This document shows positions 38,325-49,745 of a DNA stretch of 64,000 nucleotides, piece after piece. The notes below the pieces were generated by a model, which searched no databases, was not told the DNA's origin, and saw nothing but the letters and a program-made list of their open reading frames with translations. The stretch is from NCBI GenBank assembly GCA_963773315.1, contig CAVZAF010000010.1, positions 42,151 through 106,150 on the forward strand, in the 5' to 3' direction. Each line of letters opens with the position of its first letter. Position 1 is the first letter of the stretch. Position numbers and translations under genes: made by a program. Source of the DNA: an uncultured Acidimicrobiales bacterium (GTDB taxonomy: Bacteria > Actinomycetota > Acidimicrobiia > Acidimicrobiales > DATKAS01).

Positions 38325-39895
38325 CGACCCTGGAGGCGCCGCGCACGTCGCTGTCCGATCGGGAGACGATCCCGGCCGGGCGAGCAACGATCGCCGGTGT
38401 GCTCGCGGCCGCGGTGGCCCTCGCCGTGACTGACGTCGTGAGCGCTCTGAAGGCCGGTCCGTCGCTGATCGACACGATCGGCACCGAGTTCATCAACCGA
38501 TTCGCGGCGTCGTTGAAGCAGCTCGCCGTGTCGCTCTTCGGTACGAACGACAAGCCCGCGCTCGTCGTCGGCATCGTCGTCGTGTCACTTCTGATCGGCG
38601 GCGTGCTCGGCCGCGCCTCGGTTTCGCGGCCGTGGGTTGGTTCGGTGGGCTTCGCCGGCTTCGGCGTCGTGGGGATCGCGACCGGCGTGACCGATCCGCT
38701 CGCCGACCCCTGGCTGATGGTGGCCGCGGCGGTCCTCGGGACGGTCGCCGGCATCGTGACGTTGCGTCTTCTCCTCCGGGCGGCTGCACCGGTCGAGGCC
38801 AACGGATCGGCCTCCGACACCGATCCCACCGTCCGGGCCGGCTCCCGGCGCTCGTTCCTGGCATGGAGCGCCGGCGCCGTCGCCGCCACCACCGCCGGGG
38901 TCGCGGCAGGTCGCGCGCTGCGGGGCAGGTACGGGTCGGTGACGGAAGGGGTTGAGCTCCCCGCTCCTGTGAAGACGGTGCCACTCCCCGCCTCGCAGCC
39001 CTTCAGCGTGCCCGGCCTGAGCCCGTACGTGACGCCGAACGCGGACTTCTACAGGATCGACACCGCGCTGTTCGTGCCCCGGGTCAGCGCGAACGGTTGG
39101 AGCGTCGCCGTTCACGGGATGGTGGACCACCCCTTCGAGCTCACCTACGACGAGCTCCTCGCGATGCCGATGGTCGAGGAGCCCGTCACGATCTCGTGCG
39201 TCTCGAACGAGGTGGGAGGCGATCTCATCGGCAACGCCGTGTGGCGCGGCGTTCCGCTGCCGACGCTGCTCGAGCGAGCCGGAGTGCAGCCCGGCGCGAC
39301 CCAGATCGTCGGGCGATCCGTCGACGACTTCACCGTCGGCTTCCCCACCGAGCTCGCGCTCGACGGCCGCACCGCGCTCGTCGCAGTCGGGATGAATGGA
39401 GAACCTCTGCCCGCAAAGCACGGCTTCCCCGCGCGATTGATCGTCGCCGGCCTGTACGGATACGTGTCGGCGACGAAGTGGCTGAGCGACATCGTGTTGA
39501 CGCGCCTCGAGGACTTCGATGCCTACTGGGTGCCGCGAGGCTGGGCCAAGGAAGGCCCGATCAAGACAGAGTCGCGCATAGACGTGCCCCGCGGCGGCTC
39601 TTCGGTCGCGACGGGTCGCGTTGCGGTCGCCGGAGTGGCCTGGGCGCCGACGCGCGGGATCAAGGGCGTCGAGGTGCAGGTCGATGACGGCGCCTGGCAA
39701 CCCGCTCGGCTGGGCGAGGTCGCCAACGACAACACCTGGGTGCAGTGGCTGTACGACTGGCAGGCGTCGCCCGGACGCCACCAGCTGTCGGTGCGTGCGA
39801 CCGACGGAACCGGCCAGGTGCAGACCGCGGAGAGCAGCCCCCCGGCGCCTGACGGAGCGTCGGGTTATCACTCGCGGACGGTCACCGTCGCGTGA
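38321..39895 (+). CDS. Membrane-bound molybdopterin-dependent oxidoreductase (sulfite oxidase/MsrP family)
   Basis: N-terminal TMs, internal RRSFL, FYRIDTA, CVSNEVGG, HGFPARL, SATKWL. Confidence 0.92.
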   Translation: MTTLEAPRTSLSDRETIPAGRATIAGVLAAAVALAVTDVVSALKAGPSLIDTIGTEFINRFAASLKQLAVSLFGTNDKPALVVGIVVVSLLIGGVLGRASVSRPWVGSVGFAGFGVVGIATGVTDPLADPWLMVAAAVLGTVAGIVTLRLLLRAAAPVEANGSASDTDPTVRAGSRRSFLAWSAGAVAATTAGVAAGRALRGRYGSVTEGVELPAPVKTVPLPASQPFSVPGLSPYVTPNADFYRIDTALFVPRVSANGWSVAVHGMVDHPFELTYDELLAMPMVEEPVTISCVSNEVGGDLIGNAVWRGVPLPTLLERAGVQPGATQIVGRSVDDFTVGFPTELALDGRTALVAVGMNGEPLPAKHGFPARLIVAGLYGYVSATKWLSDIVLTRLEDFDAYWVPRGWAKEGPIKTESRIDVPRGGSSVATGRVAVAGVAWAPTRGIKGVEVQVDDGAWQPARLGEVANDNTWVQWLYDWQASPGRHQLSVRATDGTGQVQTAESSPPAPDGASGYHSRTVTVA

Positions 39896-40452
39896 TCACG
39901 AAGGTCGTCGTGTCCACCACATCCTTGCTCGCCCTGCTCGCGCTTGCCGGGGTCACGATCGGGATCACTCGCCGTTCCGCCGAACAGCCGAGCGCGCCGC
40001 CAATCGAAGCCACGGGATGGCTCAACACCGCGCCCCTCACCCCGGCTGACGTCGACGGCAAGGTCGTGCTCTACGACTTCTGGACCTACAGCTGCATCAA
40101 CTGCGTGCACACCCTTCCGTACGTGAAGGCGTGGTATGCGCGCTACGCGGCGGACGGGCTCGTGGTGCTCAGCATCCACACTCCCGAGTTCGAGTTCGAA
40201 GCGGACCCGCGCAACGTCGCGAACTTCCTCGCCGAGAACGACATCAGATACCCGGTTGCGCTCGATCCGCATCGTGACACGTGGCGCGCCTGGGACAACC
40301 ACTACTGGCCCGCGTTCTATGTGTACGACCGCACTGGTGCTCGCCGTTACCAGCACTTCGGCGAGGGCAGGTACGACGAGACGGAAGACGTGTTGCGCTC
40401 GCTCCTCGGAGTCGACCCTTCCTCCCCGCGTGCTCTTGTCGCTACCGGGTGA
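39892..40452 (+). CDS. Exported redoxin (DipZ-like thioredoxin domain)
   Basis: DFWTYSCINC, HTPEFEFE, NHYWPA, HFGEG. Confidence 0.9.
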   Translation: MITKVVVSTTSLLALLALAGVTIGITRRSAEQPSAPPIEATGWLNTAPLTPADVDGKVVLYDFWTYSCINCVHTLPYVKAWYARYAADGLVVLSIHTPEFEFEADPRNVANFLAENDIRYPVALDPHRDTWRAWDNHYWPAFYVYDRTGARRYQHFGEGRYDETEDVLRSLLGVDPSSPRALVATG

Positions 40453-40491
40453 CCTGCGCCGCCTCCGTTCCCCAACCAAGGAGAAGCCCTG

Positions 40492-40725
40492 ATGAACCAG
40501 CCTTCGAAGATGGTGGCCGGCGTGTTGCTCGCGGGAGCGCTCGTGTTCAGTGTCGCCGCGTGCGGCGACGACAGCGGGAACACGAACAACCCGCCGGCTC
40601 AAGCGCCGACCACCTCGGTGACTCAGTCGACCGAGGCGATGACCGACTCGACCTCGGCCATGACCGAGACGACCGAGGCCATGACCGATTCGACGACGGC
40701 CATGACTGACACGACGACGCCCTGA
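40492..40725 (+). CDS. Small Met/Thr-repeat lipoprotein
   Basis: AAGGAG RBS, lipobox VAAC, four (S/T)T(E/S/T)AMT(D/E) heptads. Confidence 0.8.
   Translation: MNQPSKMVAGVLLAGALVFSVAACGDDSGNTNNPPAQAPTTSVTQSTEAMTDSTSAMTETTEAMTDSTTAMTDTTTP
40627..40710 (+). repeat. 4 x 21-bp coding tandem repeat
   Basis: tcgaccgaggcgatgaccgac-like units. Confidence 0.85.
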
Positions 40726-40741
40726 CGCTTGCCCGGGAGCT

Positions 40742-41065
40742 TCAGCGCCCTCTGCCGAGCCGCACGGCCTTGCCGACGAGGTCTCGCACCGAGGCCTCGT
40801 CGGCGCCGGCAGAGACGAGGTTCTGCACCTTCGCTTCGATCTCCTCCGCGAGAGCCTCGTCGACTCCGGCCGCGGCCGCTTGCTTGGCCTCCAACGATCG
40901 TGCGGTCGTCGCAACGGCCATCAGCACGATGATCGACACCGCGGTGATGAGCCCGAACGTGACCACGACACCGTTGTTGTTGTCGGCGATCGACCCGATG
41001 ATCATCCCCGCGATGCCGACGACGCAGATGGCGATGACCGCCCAGCGCAGCACGCGCAGTGTCAT
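40742..41065 (-). CDS. Small two-TM hypothetical protein
   Basis: Two hydrophobic helices then a soluble helical tail. Confidence 0.75.
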   Translation of the reverse strand: MTLRVLRWAVIAICVVGIAGMIIGSIADNNNGVVVTFGLITAVSIIVLMAVATTARSLEAKQAAAAGVDEALAEEIEAKVQNLVSAGADEASVRDLVGKAVRLGRGR

Positions 41066-41095
41066 CGAACCCGCAGTGTCATCGAACCCGCAGTG

Positions 41096-41101
<6 letters not shown>
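41055..41101. repeat. 17-bp tandem repeat (about 2.7 copies) at the ettA stop / next-gene start
   Basis: cgcagtgtcatcgaacc x2 + cgcagtgtcatcg. Confidence 0.9.
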
Positions 41102-42772
<1,671 letters not shown>

Positions 42773-42873
42773 GACGGCCCGACCCTACCGATGCGTGGCC
42801 GCTGATTCGCCGTCGACGTCGACACCGGTGCTACGTTCCGCCCGTCCGGCCTTGGAAAGTCTGGGGGGCGCAC

Positions 42874-43626
42874 ATGTACGCACTACAGCTGCTCGATCGA
42901 GCAGGACTCGCTTTCACTTCGCGGTGGCTCCACATCGTCGTGGGCATCACCTGGATCGGGTTGCTCTACTACTTCAACCTCGTGCAGGTGCCGGCGTTCG
43001 CGGAGATGAGCGCGAGCTCGCGCACCGAGGCCATCGAGGTGCTCGCGAAGCGAGCGTTGTGGTGGTTCCGCTGGGCGGCCGTCGCGACAGTTCTCACCGG
43101 GCTGCTCATCATGGGCTTCACGAAGGACTACTTCGCCGACAACTTCGGTCAGCGCGCAAACGGCATCTCGATCTCCACCGGTGTCCTCATCGCCCTCATC
43201 ATGTTCGTCAACGTGTGGGGCGTCATCTGGCGCAACCAGAAGGTGGTCATCGCGTCGGCTGCACAGGTGCGTGCCGGTGGTGAGCCGCTCCCCGAGGCGG
43301 CGGTGGCGGGCCGCCGAGCCGGCATGGCCTCGCGTCAGAACGTCCTCATCTCGTTCGCCATGATCTGGTTCATGACCTTCACGACCCACTACTCGGGGTT
43401 CTACGACACGAGCAGCGGGGGCGCCCGTGGCGCCTACTGGGCCATCACCGTGATCATCCTCGCGGTGCTCGAGCTGAACGCACTCGGCATCATCGGTGGC
43501 GGGCTGAAGCCGGCGAAGGAGTCGCCCTTCAACTGGCCCTACGAGACAGTGCGCAACGTGCTGATCTCGGGCTTCGTGCTCTGGGCGATCTTCTGGCTGA
43601 TGTGGGAGATCCTCTTCGCCCCGTGA
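42874..43626 (+). CDS. Urate-oxidase N-terminal (PuuD-like) membrane protein
   Basis: RWLHIVVGITWIGLLYYFN, WWFRWAA, MFVNVWGVIWRNQK, SRQN. Confidence 0.75.
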   Translation: MYALQLLDRAGLAFTSRWLHIVVGITWIGLLYYFNLVQVPAFAEMSASSRTEAIEVLAKRALWWFRWAAVATVLTGLLIMGFTKDYFADNFGQRANGISISTGVLIALIMFVNVWGVIWRNQKVVIASAAQVRAGGEPLPEAAVAGRRAGMASRQNVLISFAMIWFMTFTTHYSGFYDTSSGGARGAYWAITVIILAVLELNALGIIGGGLKPAKESPFNWPYETVRNVLISGFVLWAIFWLMWEILFAP

Positions 43627-43638
43627 GCCAGGCGCTCG

Positions 43639-44040
43639 CTAGCCGAGCGACTTGATGTAGGCGACGATCTGATCCTGCTCGTCGGGCGTGAGGTTGAACT
43701 GCGGCATCACGTTGGGGAAGCCCTTCACGATCTTCGCGCTCGGGTCGGTGATCGACTCCTTGATGTAGAGGTCGTCGGCCGTCACCTTCGTGCCATCCGA
43801 CAGCTCGACCTCGCTGCCGTAGAGCCCCTTCCACGTCGGGCCCGTACCGGACGCGCCGCTCGTGCTGTGGCAGGTCGGGCACCCGCGATCGTGGACGAGC
43901 GCCTTGCCCGCTGCCACTTGGTCGGCGGAGGCGCCGCCGCCTGTCGTCGCCGCCGAGCCGCCGGAGTCGTTCCCGCCGCACGCGGCGAGCGCGCCGGTGA
44001 GGATGAGAGCGGGGACGAGGGCGAGCAACGCGCGTTTCAC
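43639..44040 (-). CDS. Monoheme cytochrome c lipoprotein
   Basis: Lipobox LAAC, CPTCH, GPTWKGLYG, YIKESITDP...VMP. Confidence 0.88.
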   Translation of the reverse strand: MKRALLALVPALILTGALAACGGNDSGGSAATTGGGASADQVAAGKALVHDRGCPTCHSTSGASGTGPTWKGLYGSEVELSDGTKVTADDLYIKESITDPSAKIVKGFPNVMPQFNLTPDEQDQIVAYIKSLG

Positions 44041-44097
44041 GGCGGGGAAACCTACCGGCCACTCCGGCTGCTCAGGGCCCACCGGTAGCATCGAAAC

Positions 44098-47000
44098 GTG
44101 GTTGACGCGCGCCCGCAACAGCCGAGCCCTGACGAATTCGGAACGAACGCGTGGCTCGTCGACGAGATGTACGAGCAGTACCGCTCGGACCCGTCGTCGG
44201 TGAGTGAGTCGTGGCGTGAGTTCTTCGCGGACTACCGACCCGGAGCGGTCATCGTGGCGCCGACGCCCACACCCACGCCTGCTCCCGCCCCGACTCCCGC
44301 GCCCGCCGCGACGCCCGCTCCGGCCGCAGCACCCGCGCCGGCCGGTGGCGCCGCTGGCGAGATCGGCGACCCGATCCGCGGGGCGGGCGCCGTGATCGTG
44401 TCGAACATGGAGGCGAGCCTCGGCGTCCCGACGGCGACCAGCTTCCGCGTCGTCCCCGCCAAGCTGCTCGAGGTCAACCGCAGCGTGATCAACGGGTACC
44501 TCGCGCGCACCCGCGGCGGAAAGGTGAGCTTCACGCATCTCATCGGCTACGCGGTCGTCCGCGCGATCGCGGACGACGTGCGGGTGATGAACTCGACCTT
44601 CGTCGAAGGGCCCGATGGCAAGCCGCGGGTCGTGCACCACGACCACGTCAACCTCGGGCTCGCAGTCGACCTCGAGAAGTCCGACGGCAGCCGCACGCTG
44701 GTCGTCCCGGTCGTGAAGTCGGCCGAGGAGATGTCGTTCGCCGAGTTCGTCGCCGCGTACGAAGATCTCATCCGCAAGGTGCGCACGAACAAGCTGAGCC
44801 CTGACGACTTCAAGGGCGCCACGATCACGTTGACCAACCCGGGCACGATCGGCACGGTGCAGTCCGTGCCGCGGCTGATGCCGGGGCAGGGCGTGATCAT
44901 CGGGGTCGGCGCGATCGACTTCCCGGCGGAGTACCAGGCGGCCGACGAGCGCACGCTCGCCGATCTGGGCGTGTCGAAGGTCGTCACGATCACGTCGACC
45001 TACGACCACCGCATCATCCAAGGCGCCGAGTCGGGTCTGTTCCTCAAGCGCGTGCACGAGCTGCTGATGGGGGAGGGCGGCTTCTACGACGCCTCGTTCA
45101 CCTCGCTCGGCGTGCCCTACGAAGCGGTGCGCTGGCGGCGCGACGTCAACCCCGCCGACCATGACGACGCCCGGCTGCAGAAGCAGATGGTGATCGCGAC
45201 GCTCATCCGCGTGTACCGGGTGCGCGGGCACCTCATCGCCGACCTCGACCCGCTCAAGTGGACGCCGCCGCGGATGGAGCCCGAGCTCGATCCCGCGACG
45301 TACGGCCTGACGATCTGGGACCTCGAGCGCGAGTTCCTCACCGGCGGGCTCGGTGGCGTCGAGCAGCTCGAGCTCGGTGAGATCCTCCGGATCCTGCGCG
45401 ACGCGTACTGCCGCACGATCGGCATCGAGTACATGCACATCCAGGACACCGCCGAGCAGAAGTGGATCCAGCAGCAGGTCGAGGGCGTGCGATTCGCGCT
45501 CAGCCACGACGAGCAGCTGCATCTCCTCTCGCGCCTGAACGCGGCCGAGGCGTTCGAGAAGTTCCTCGCCACGAAGTACGTGGGCCAGAAGCGGTTCGGC
45601 CTCGAAGGCGCGGAGTCCGCGATCGCGATCCTCGACTCGGTCCTCTCATTGGCCGCGGACGAGGGCCTCGACGGAGTCGTGCTCGGCATGCCTCACCGCG
45701 GGCGCCTGAGCGTCCTCGCCAACATCGTGGGCAAGTCGTACGACCAGATCTTCAAGGAGTTCGAGGGCTACGTCGACCCGTCGTCCACGCAGGGCTCGGG
45801 CGACGTGAAGTACCACCTCGGGGCGTCGGGCAAGTTCGTCAGCCCCGGCGGCGCCGACATCAAGGTCGAGCTCGCCGCGAACCCGTCGCACCTCGAAGCA
45901 GTCGACCCGGTCGTCGGCGGCATGGCCCGCGCTCGACAGGACCTCATCGACCGGCCCGGCTCGTATTCGGTCCTGCCGATCCTGATGCACGGCGATGCCG
46001 CGTTCGCCGGCCAGGGCGTCGTCGCCGAGTGCCTCAACATGAGCGACATCACGGGTTACCGCGTCGGCGGCACGATCCACCTCGTCGTGAACAACCAGCT
46101 CGGGTTCACGACTGCGCCCGAGCACGCGCGCAGCTCGCAGTACGCGACCGACGTCGCGAAGATGATCCAGGCGCCGATCTTCCATGTGAACGGCGACGAT
46201 CCTGAGGCGTGCATCCGCGTGGCGCGGCTGTCCTATGCGTTCCGGCAGACGTTCCACAAGGACGTCGTGATCGACATGGTCTGCTACCGGCGCCACGGTC
46301 ACAACGAGGGCGACGATCCGAGCTACACGCAGCCGCTGATGTACAAGCTCATCGACGAGCGGCGCTCGGTGCGCAAGCTCTATACCGAGGCACTCGTGAA
46401 GCGCGGCGAGCTGACGCTCGACGAGGCCGAGCAGGCGCTCGACGACTTCCAGCGTCGCTTGCAGGTCGCGCTCGACGAGACTCGCCAGTCCGCTCCGGCG
46501 GCCGTGAAGGCAGCGAGGCCGCCCGCGCCGATGGGCGTGCTTCCCCACGTCGCGACAGGCGTCGACCGCGCGACGCTCGACCGCGTCTTCGCCGGGCTCA
46601 CGAAGGTGCCCGAGGGCTTCACGTTCCACCCGAAGCTGGCCAAGCAGTTCGAGACCCGTACCAAGCTCTACGACGACGGTCAGGTCGAGTGGGCAACTGC
46701 CGAGGCACTCTCGATCGGCACGTTGCTGCTCGAGGGCACTGACGTGCGGCTGACCGGCGAGGACACGCGGCGGGGCACGTTCAGCCAGCGGCACGCCGCG
46801 CTCGTCGACTTCTACACCGGCTGGACGTATGTCCCGCTCGCGTCGCTCGACGAGAGCCAAGGCAAGCTTTGGGTCTACGACTCGCTGCTGTCCGAGTACG
46901 CCGCGGTCGGATTCGAGTACGGGTACTCCGTCGTGCACAAGGACGCGCTCGTCGCCTGGGAGGCGCAGTTCGGCGACTTCGTGAACGGCGCGCAGATCAT

Positions 47001-47713
47001 CATCGACCAGTTCCTCGTGGCCGCCGAAGACAAGTGGCAGCAGACCTCGGGCCTCGTGATGCTCCTGCCCCACGGGTACGAGGGCCAGGGACCCGAGCAC
47101 TCGTCTGCTCGCATCGAGCGCTTCCTCACGATGTGCGCCGAGGACAACATCCAGGTCGTCAACGCCACGACGCCGGCGCAGTACTTCCACCTGTTGCGGC
47201 GTCAGGTGCGCCGCGAGATCCGCAAGCCGCTCGTCGTGTTCACCCCGAAGTCGTTGCTGCGGGCGAAACAGGCGCACTCGCCGGTCGACGAGCTCACGAA
47301 CGGGTCCTTCCAAGAGGTGCTCGACGACCGGTCGGTCAGCGACCCGGCGGCCGTCGCGCGGATCATCTTCTGCTCCGGCAAGGTCGCATACGACGCCATC
47401 GCTCGGCGTGATGAGGTCGAGCGCGCCGGTCGCGATCGTGCGGGTCGAGCAGCTGTACCCGTTCCCCCGCGAGCAGCTGATCGACATCCTTCGTCGCTAC
47501 GAGAACGCTCGCGAGGTCGTCTGGCTGCAGGAGGAGCCCGAGAACATGGGCCCGTGGCGGTTCATGTACGACCGCAGCCACGAGATCGAGAACGCCGGGT
47601 ACAAGGTGCGTCAGGTGTGCCGTGTCGAGTCGGGAAGCCCGGCGACCGGCTCAGGAGTCATCCACGCGCAAGAGCTGAACGACCTCCTCGATGAGGCGTT
47701 CGCAGGGCTCTAG
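44098..47713 (+). CDS. kgd: Multifunctional 2-oxoglutarate decarboxylase/dehydrogenase Kgd (+1 frameshift near 47415)
   Basis: FGTNAWLVDEMY, acyltransferase domain TYDHRIIQGA, GQKRFGLEG, HGDAAF, PHGYEGQGPEHSS; C-terminus RVEQLYPFP...QEEPENMG lies in the next frame. Confidence 0.95.
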
Positions 47714-47717
47714 ACGA

Positions 47718-48344
47718 TCAGGTCAGCGGGAACCCGACGACCGCCTCGAGGTCTTCGAGCGCCTGGGCCGCGTTCAGCACCTTGATCGTCGTCATGCCCA
47801 TGGCCTTCGCAGGCTTGAGGTTGATGCCGAGGTCGTCGAGGAAGACGCACATCTCGGGCTTCACGTCGAGCAGCTCGCACGCCATCTCGTAGAAGCGCGG
47901 GTCGGGCTTGCGCACGCCGACCTTGCTCGACTCGACGATGACGTGGAACAGCGCCATCACCTCGGCCATCTGCCGCTCACGGTCGACGTGCCCTGGTGAC
48001 GTGACGAAGTTGTTGGTCAGGCACGCGGTCTTCAGTCGGGACGAGCAGCGCCGCACCGCCTCGACCATCTCGGGCCGGAGCTCGCCCTGCAGCGCTTCGA
48101 GCACGCGCCGAGCGTCGATCGTGTGCCCGGCCGCGGCGGCCTCTGCCTCATACAGCGAGCAGAACTCGTCGATCGTCACCTCGCTGCGCTCGAGCAGCGC
48201 CCACGCGTTCGTATCGGGGTTCGTCGCGTTGAGGCCCCGCAGCAACCCGTCGGGCACACCGACTTCGGCCTCGTACTTCGAGAACGCCTCGAACGGGCTC
48301 GAGAGCACGACCCCGCCGAAGTCGAACAGCGCTGCTTCGATCAC
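47718..48344 (-). CDS. HAD-IA family phosphatase/hydrolase
   Basis: LFDFGGV, LTNN, RKPDPRFY, FLDDLGINL. Confidence 0.9.
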   Translation of the reverse strand: MIEAALFDFGGVVLSSPFEAFSKYEAEVGVPDGLLRGLNATNPDTNAWALLERSEVTIDEFCSLYEAEAAAAGHTIDARRVLEALQGELRPEMVEAVRRCSSRLKTACLTNNFVTSPGHVDRERQMAEVMALFHVIVESSKVGVRKPDPRFYEMACELLDVKPEMCVFLDDLGINLKPAKAMGMTTIKVLNAAQALEDLEAVVGFPLT

Positions 48345-48348
48345 GAGA

Positions 48349-49680
48349 TCAACCCAGGAAGTCGTGTGCGAGGGCGTGCCACATCTCGGTCGAGAGCCGC
48401 AGCGACTCTTGGTCCACGCGTTCGTCGTCACCGTGGAACATCACGCCGTAGTCCTCGAAGGTCATGTTCCGGCTGAAAAGACCGAAGCCATACGCGGCTG
48501 AACCGGCGCGTCGGAAGAAGCGCGCGTCGGTGCCTCCGACGGTCAGGAACGGGACGAGCTTCGCGTCGGGGTAGAAGCCCCGGCTCACACGATCCATTGC
48601 GTCCCACATGGGTGTGTCGAACGGTGACGCCGTCGGTCCGTCGTCGTTGAACGACACGAGCTGCACCGAGCCGGCGATGTCGCCGAGCGCCTCGTCGAGC
48701 ATCGCTCGCACCTCGGGCTCGCCCTGCCCGGGCAACGTACGGATGTCGACGGTCAGGTCGATCGTGTCGGGGATGACGTTCGTCTTCGTGCCGCCGTGGA
48801 TGATCGTCGGCGCGAAGGTCGTGTGGGTGCACGCGTGGAACTCGCGCGCCATCGCGAGCGGCAGTTCGTCGCACAGCGCCACGAGCTGATCGGGATCGAG
48901 CAGCTGCGCGACGACCTCCTGAGGGAGGCCGATGTCCTCGACGAACCGACGCCACGTGTCGTGGATCTGCGTCTCGGGCTTGTACTCCGCGAGGCGTCGC
49001 ACGACCTCGGCCGCCTTGACGAGCGCGTTGTCAGTCCGCAGCGGCATCGAGGCGTGCCCCGGAGTGCCGGTCACGCGCAGCGTGCTCCAGAAGGTTCCCT
49101 TCTCACCGACGATGACGGGGAGGCGCACGCCCGCGCCGAGATCCATCGGGAAGCCGCCCGCTTCGGTGAGCACGTAGTCCGCGACGACGGCGTCTCGTTC
49201 GTGCTCGACGAGGTAGTCGGCGCCGTACGTGCCGAGCGCCTCTTCGTCGGCGACGCCGAGGTAGATGAGCGTGCCTTTCGGCTTGAACCCCGAGGTCGCG
49301 AGTTGCTTGAACGCCACCGCCATCGACGCGGTGAGGTTGAGCATGTCGACGGCGCCCCGGCCCCACACCTCACCATCGATGACCTCGCCCCCGAACGGAT
49401 CGTGACGCCACCGGTCGGCGTTCACCGGCACCACGTCGGTGTGCCCCATGAGGAGCAGGCTCGGCGCCGAGGCGTCGGTGCCCTCGATGCGGGCGACCAG
49501 GTTCGCTCGGCCCGACACGGCCTCGAACCGCTCGAGGTCGAGCCCGCTGCCCTCGAGGTACGTGGCCAGCACATCGGCGCTGGCGGTCTCGCCCCCGGAC
49601 TCCTCGGTGCCGTCGTTGACGCACGCGTTTCGGATCAGCTGCTGGAGGAGCTCGGTCACTTCCCCCGTGGGGTCGTCCAT
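48349..49680 (-). CDS. M20/M25/M40 family metallo-hydrolase (paralog of 1632-2969)
   Basis: GHTDVVP, WGRGAVDM, ADEE, FHGDDER. Confidence 0.92.
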   Translation of the reverse strand: MDDPTGEVTELLQQLIRNACVNDGTEESGGETASADVLATYLEGSGLDLERFEAVSGRANLVARIEGTDASAPSLLLMGHTDVVPVNADRWRHDPFGGEVIDGEVWGRGAVDMLNLTASMAVAFKQLATSGFKPKGTLIYLGVADEEALGTYGADYLVEHERDAVVADYVLTEAGGFPMDLGAGVRLPVIVGEKGTFWSTLRVTGTPGHASMPLRTDNALVKAAEVVRRLAEYKPETQIHDTWRRFVEDIGLPQEVVAQLLDPDQLVALCDELPLAMAREFHACTHTTFAPTIIHGGTKTNVIPDTIDLTVDIRTLPGQGEPEVRAMLDEALGDIAGSVQLVSFNDDGPTASPFDTPMWDAMDRVSRGFYPDAKLVPFLTVGGTDARFFRRAGSAAYGFGLFSRNMTFEDYGVMFHGDDERVDQESLRLSTEMWHALAHDFLG

Positions 49681-49745
49681 GGCGGCACTGTAGGCGGGGC
49701 TGATGACGGGCCTTCCCTCCGAGGGATGGTTGACTGAGGCCCACC

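Noticed and set aside
44260-44345. Pro/Ala tandem repeats in kgd (also Pro-rich and Thr-rich tails at about 12470 and 26945)
   Set aside because: Ordinary low-complexity linkers
47400-47430. Programmed frameshift in kgd
   Set aside because: No slippery heptamer or stimulatory structure, and similar indels occur throughout the window
43639-47487. Long antisense ORFs (627 aa, 613 aa) opposite kgd, and similar ones elsewhere
   Set aside because: Typical high-GC shadow ORFs; only the last ~133 codons of the 627-aa ORF (cytochrome c) are credible
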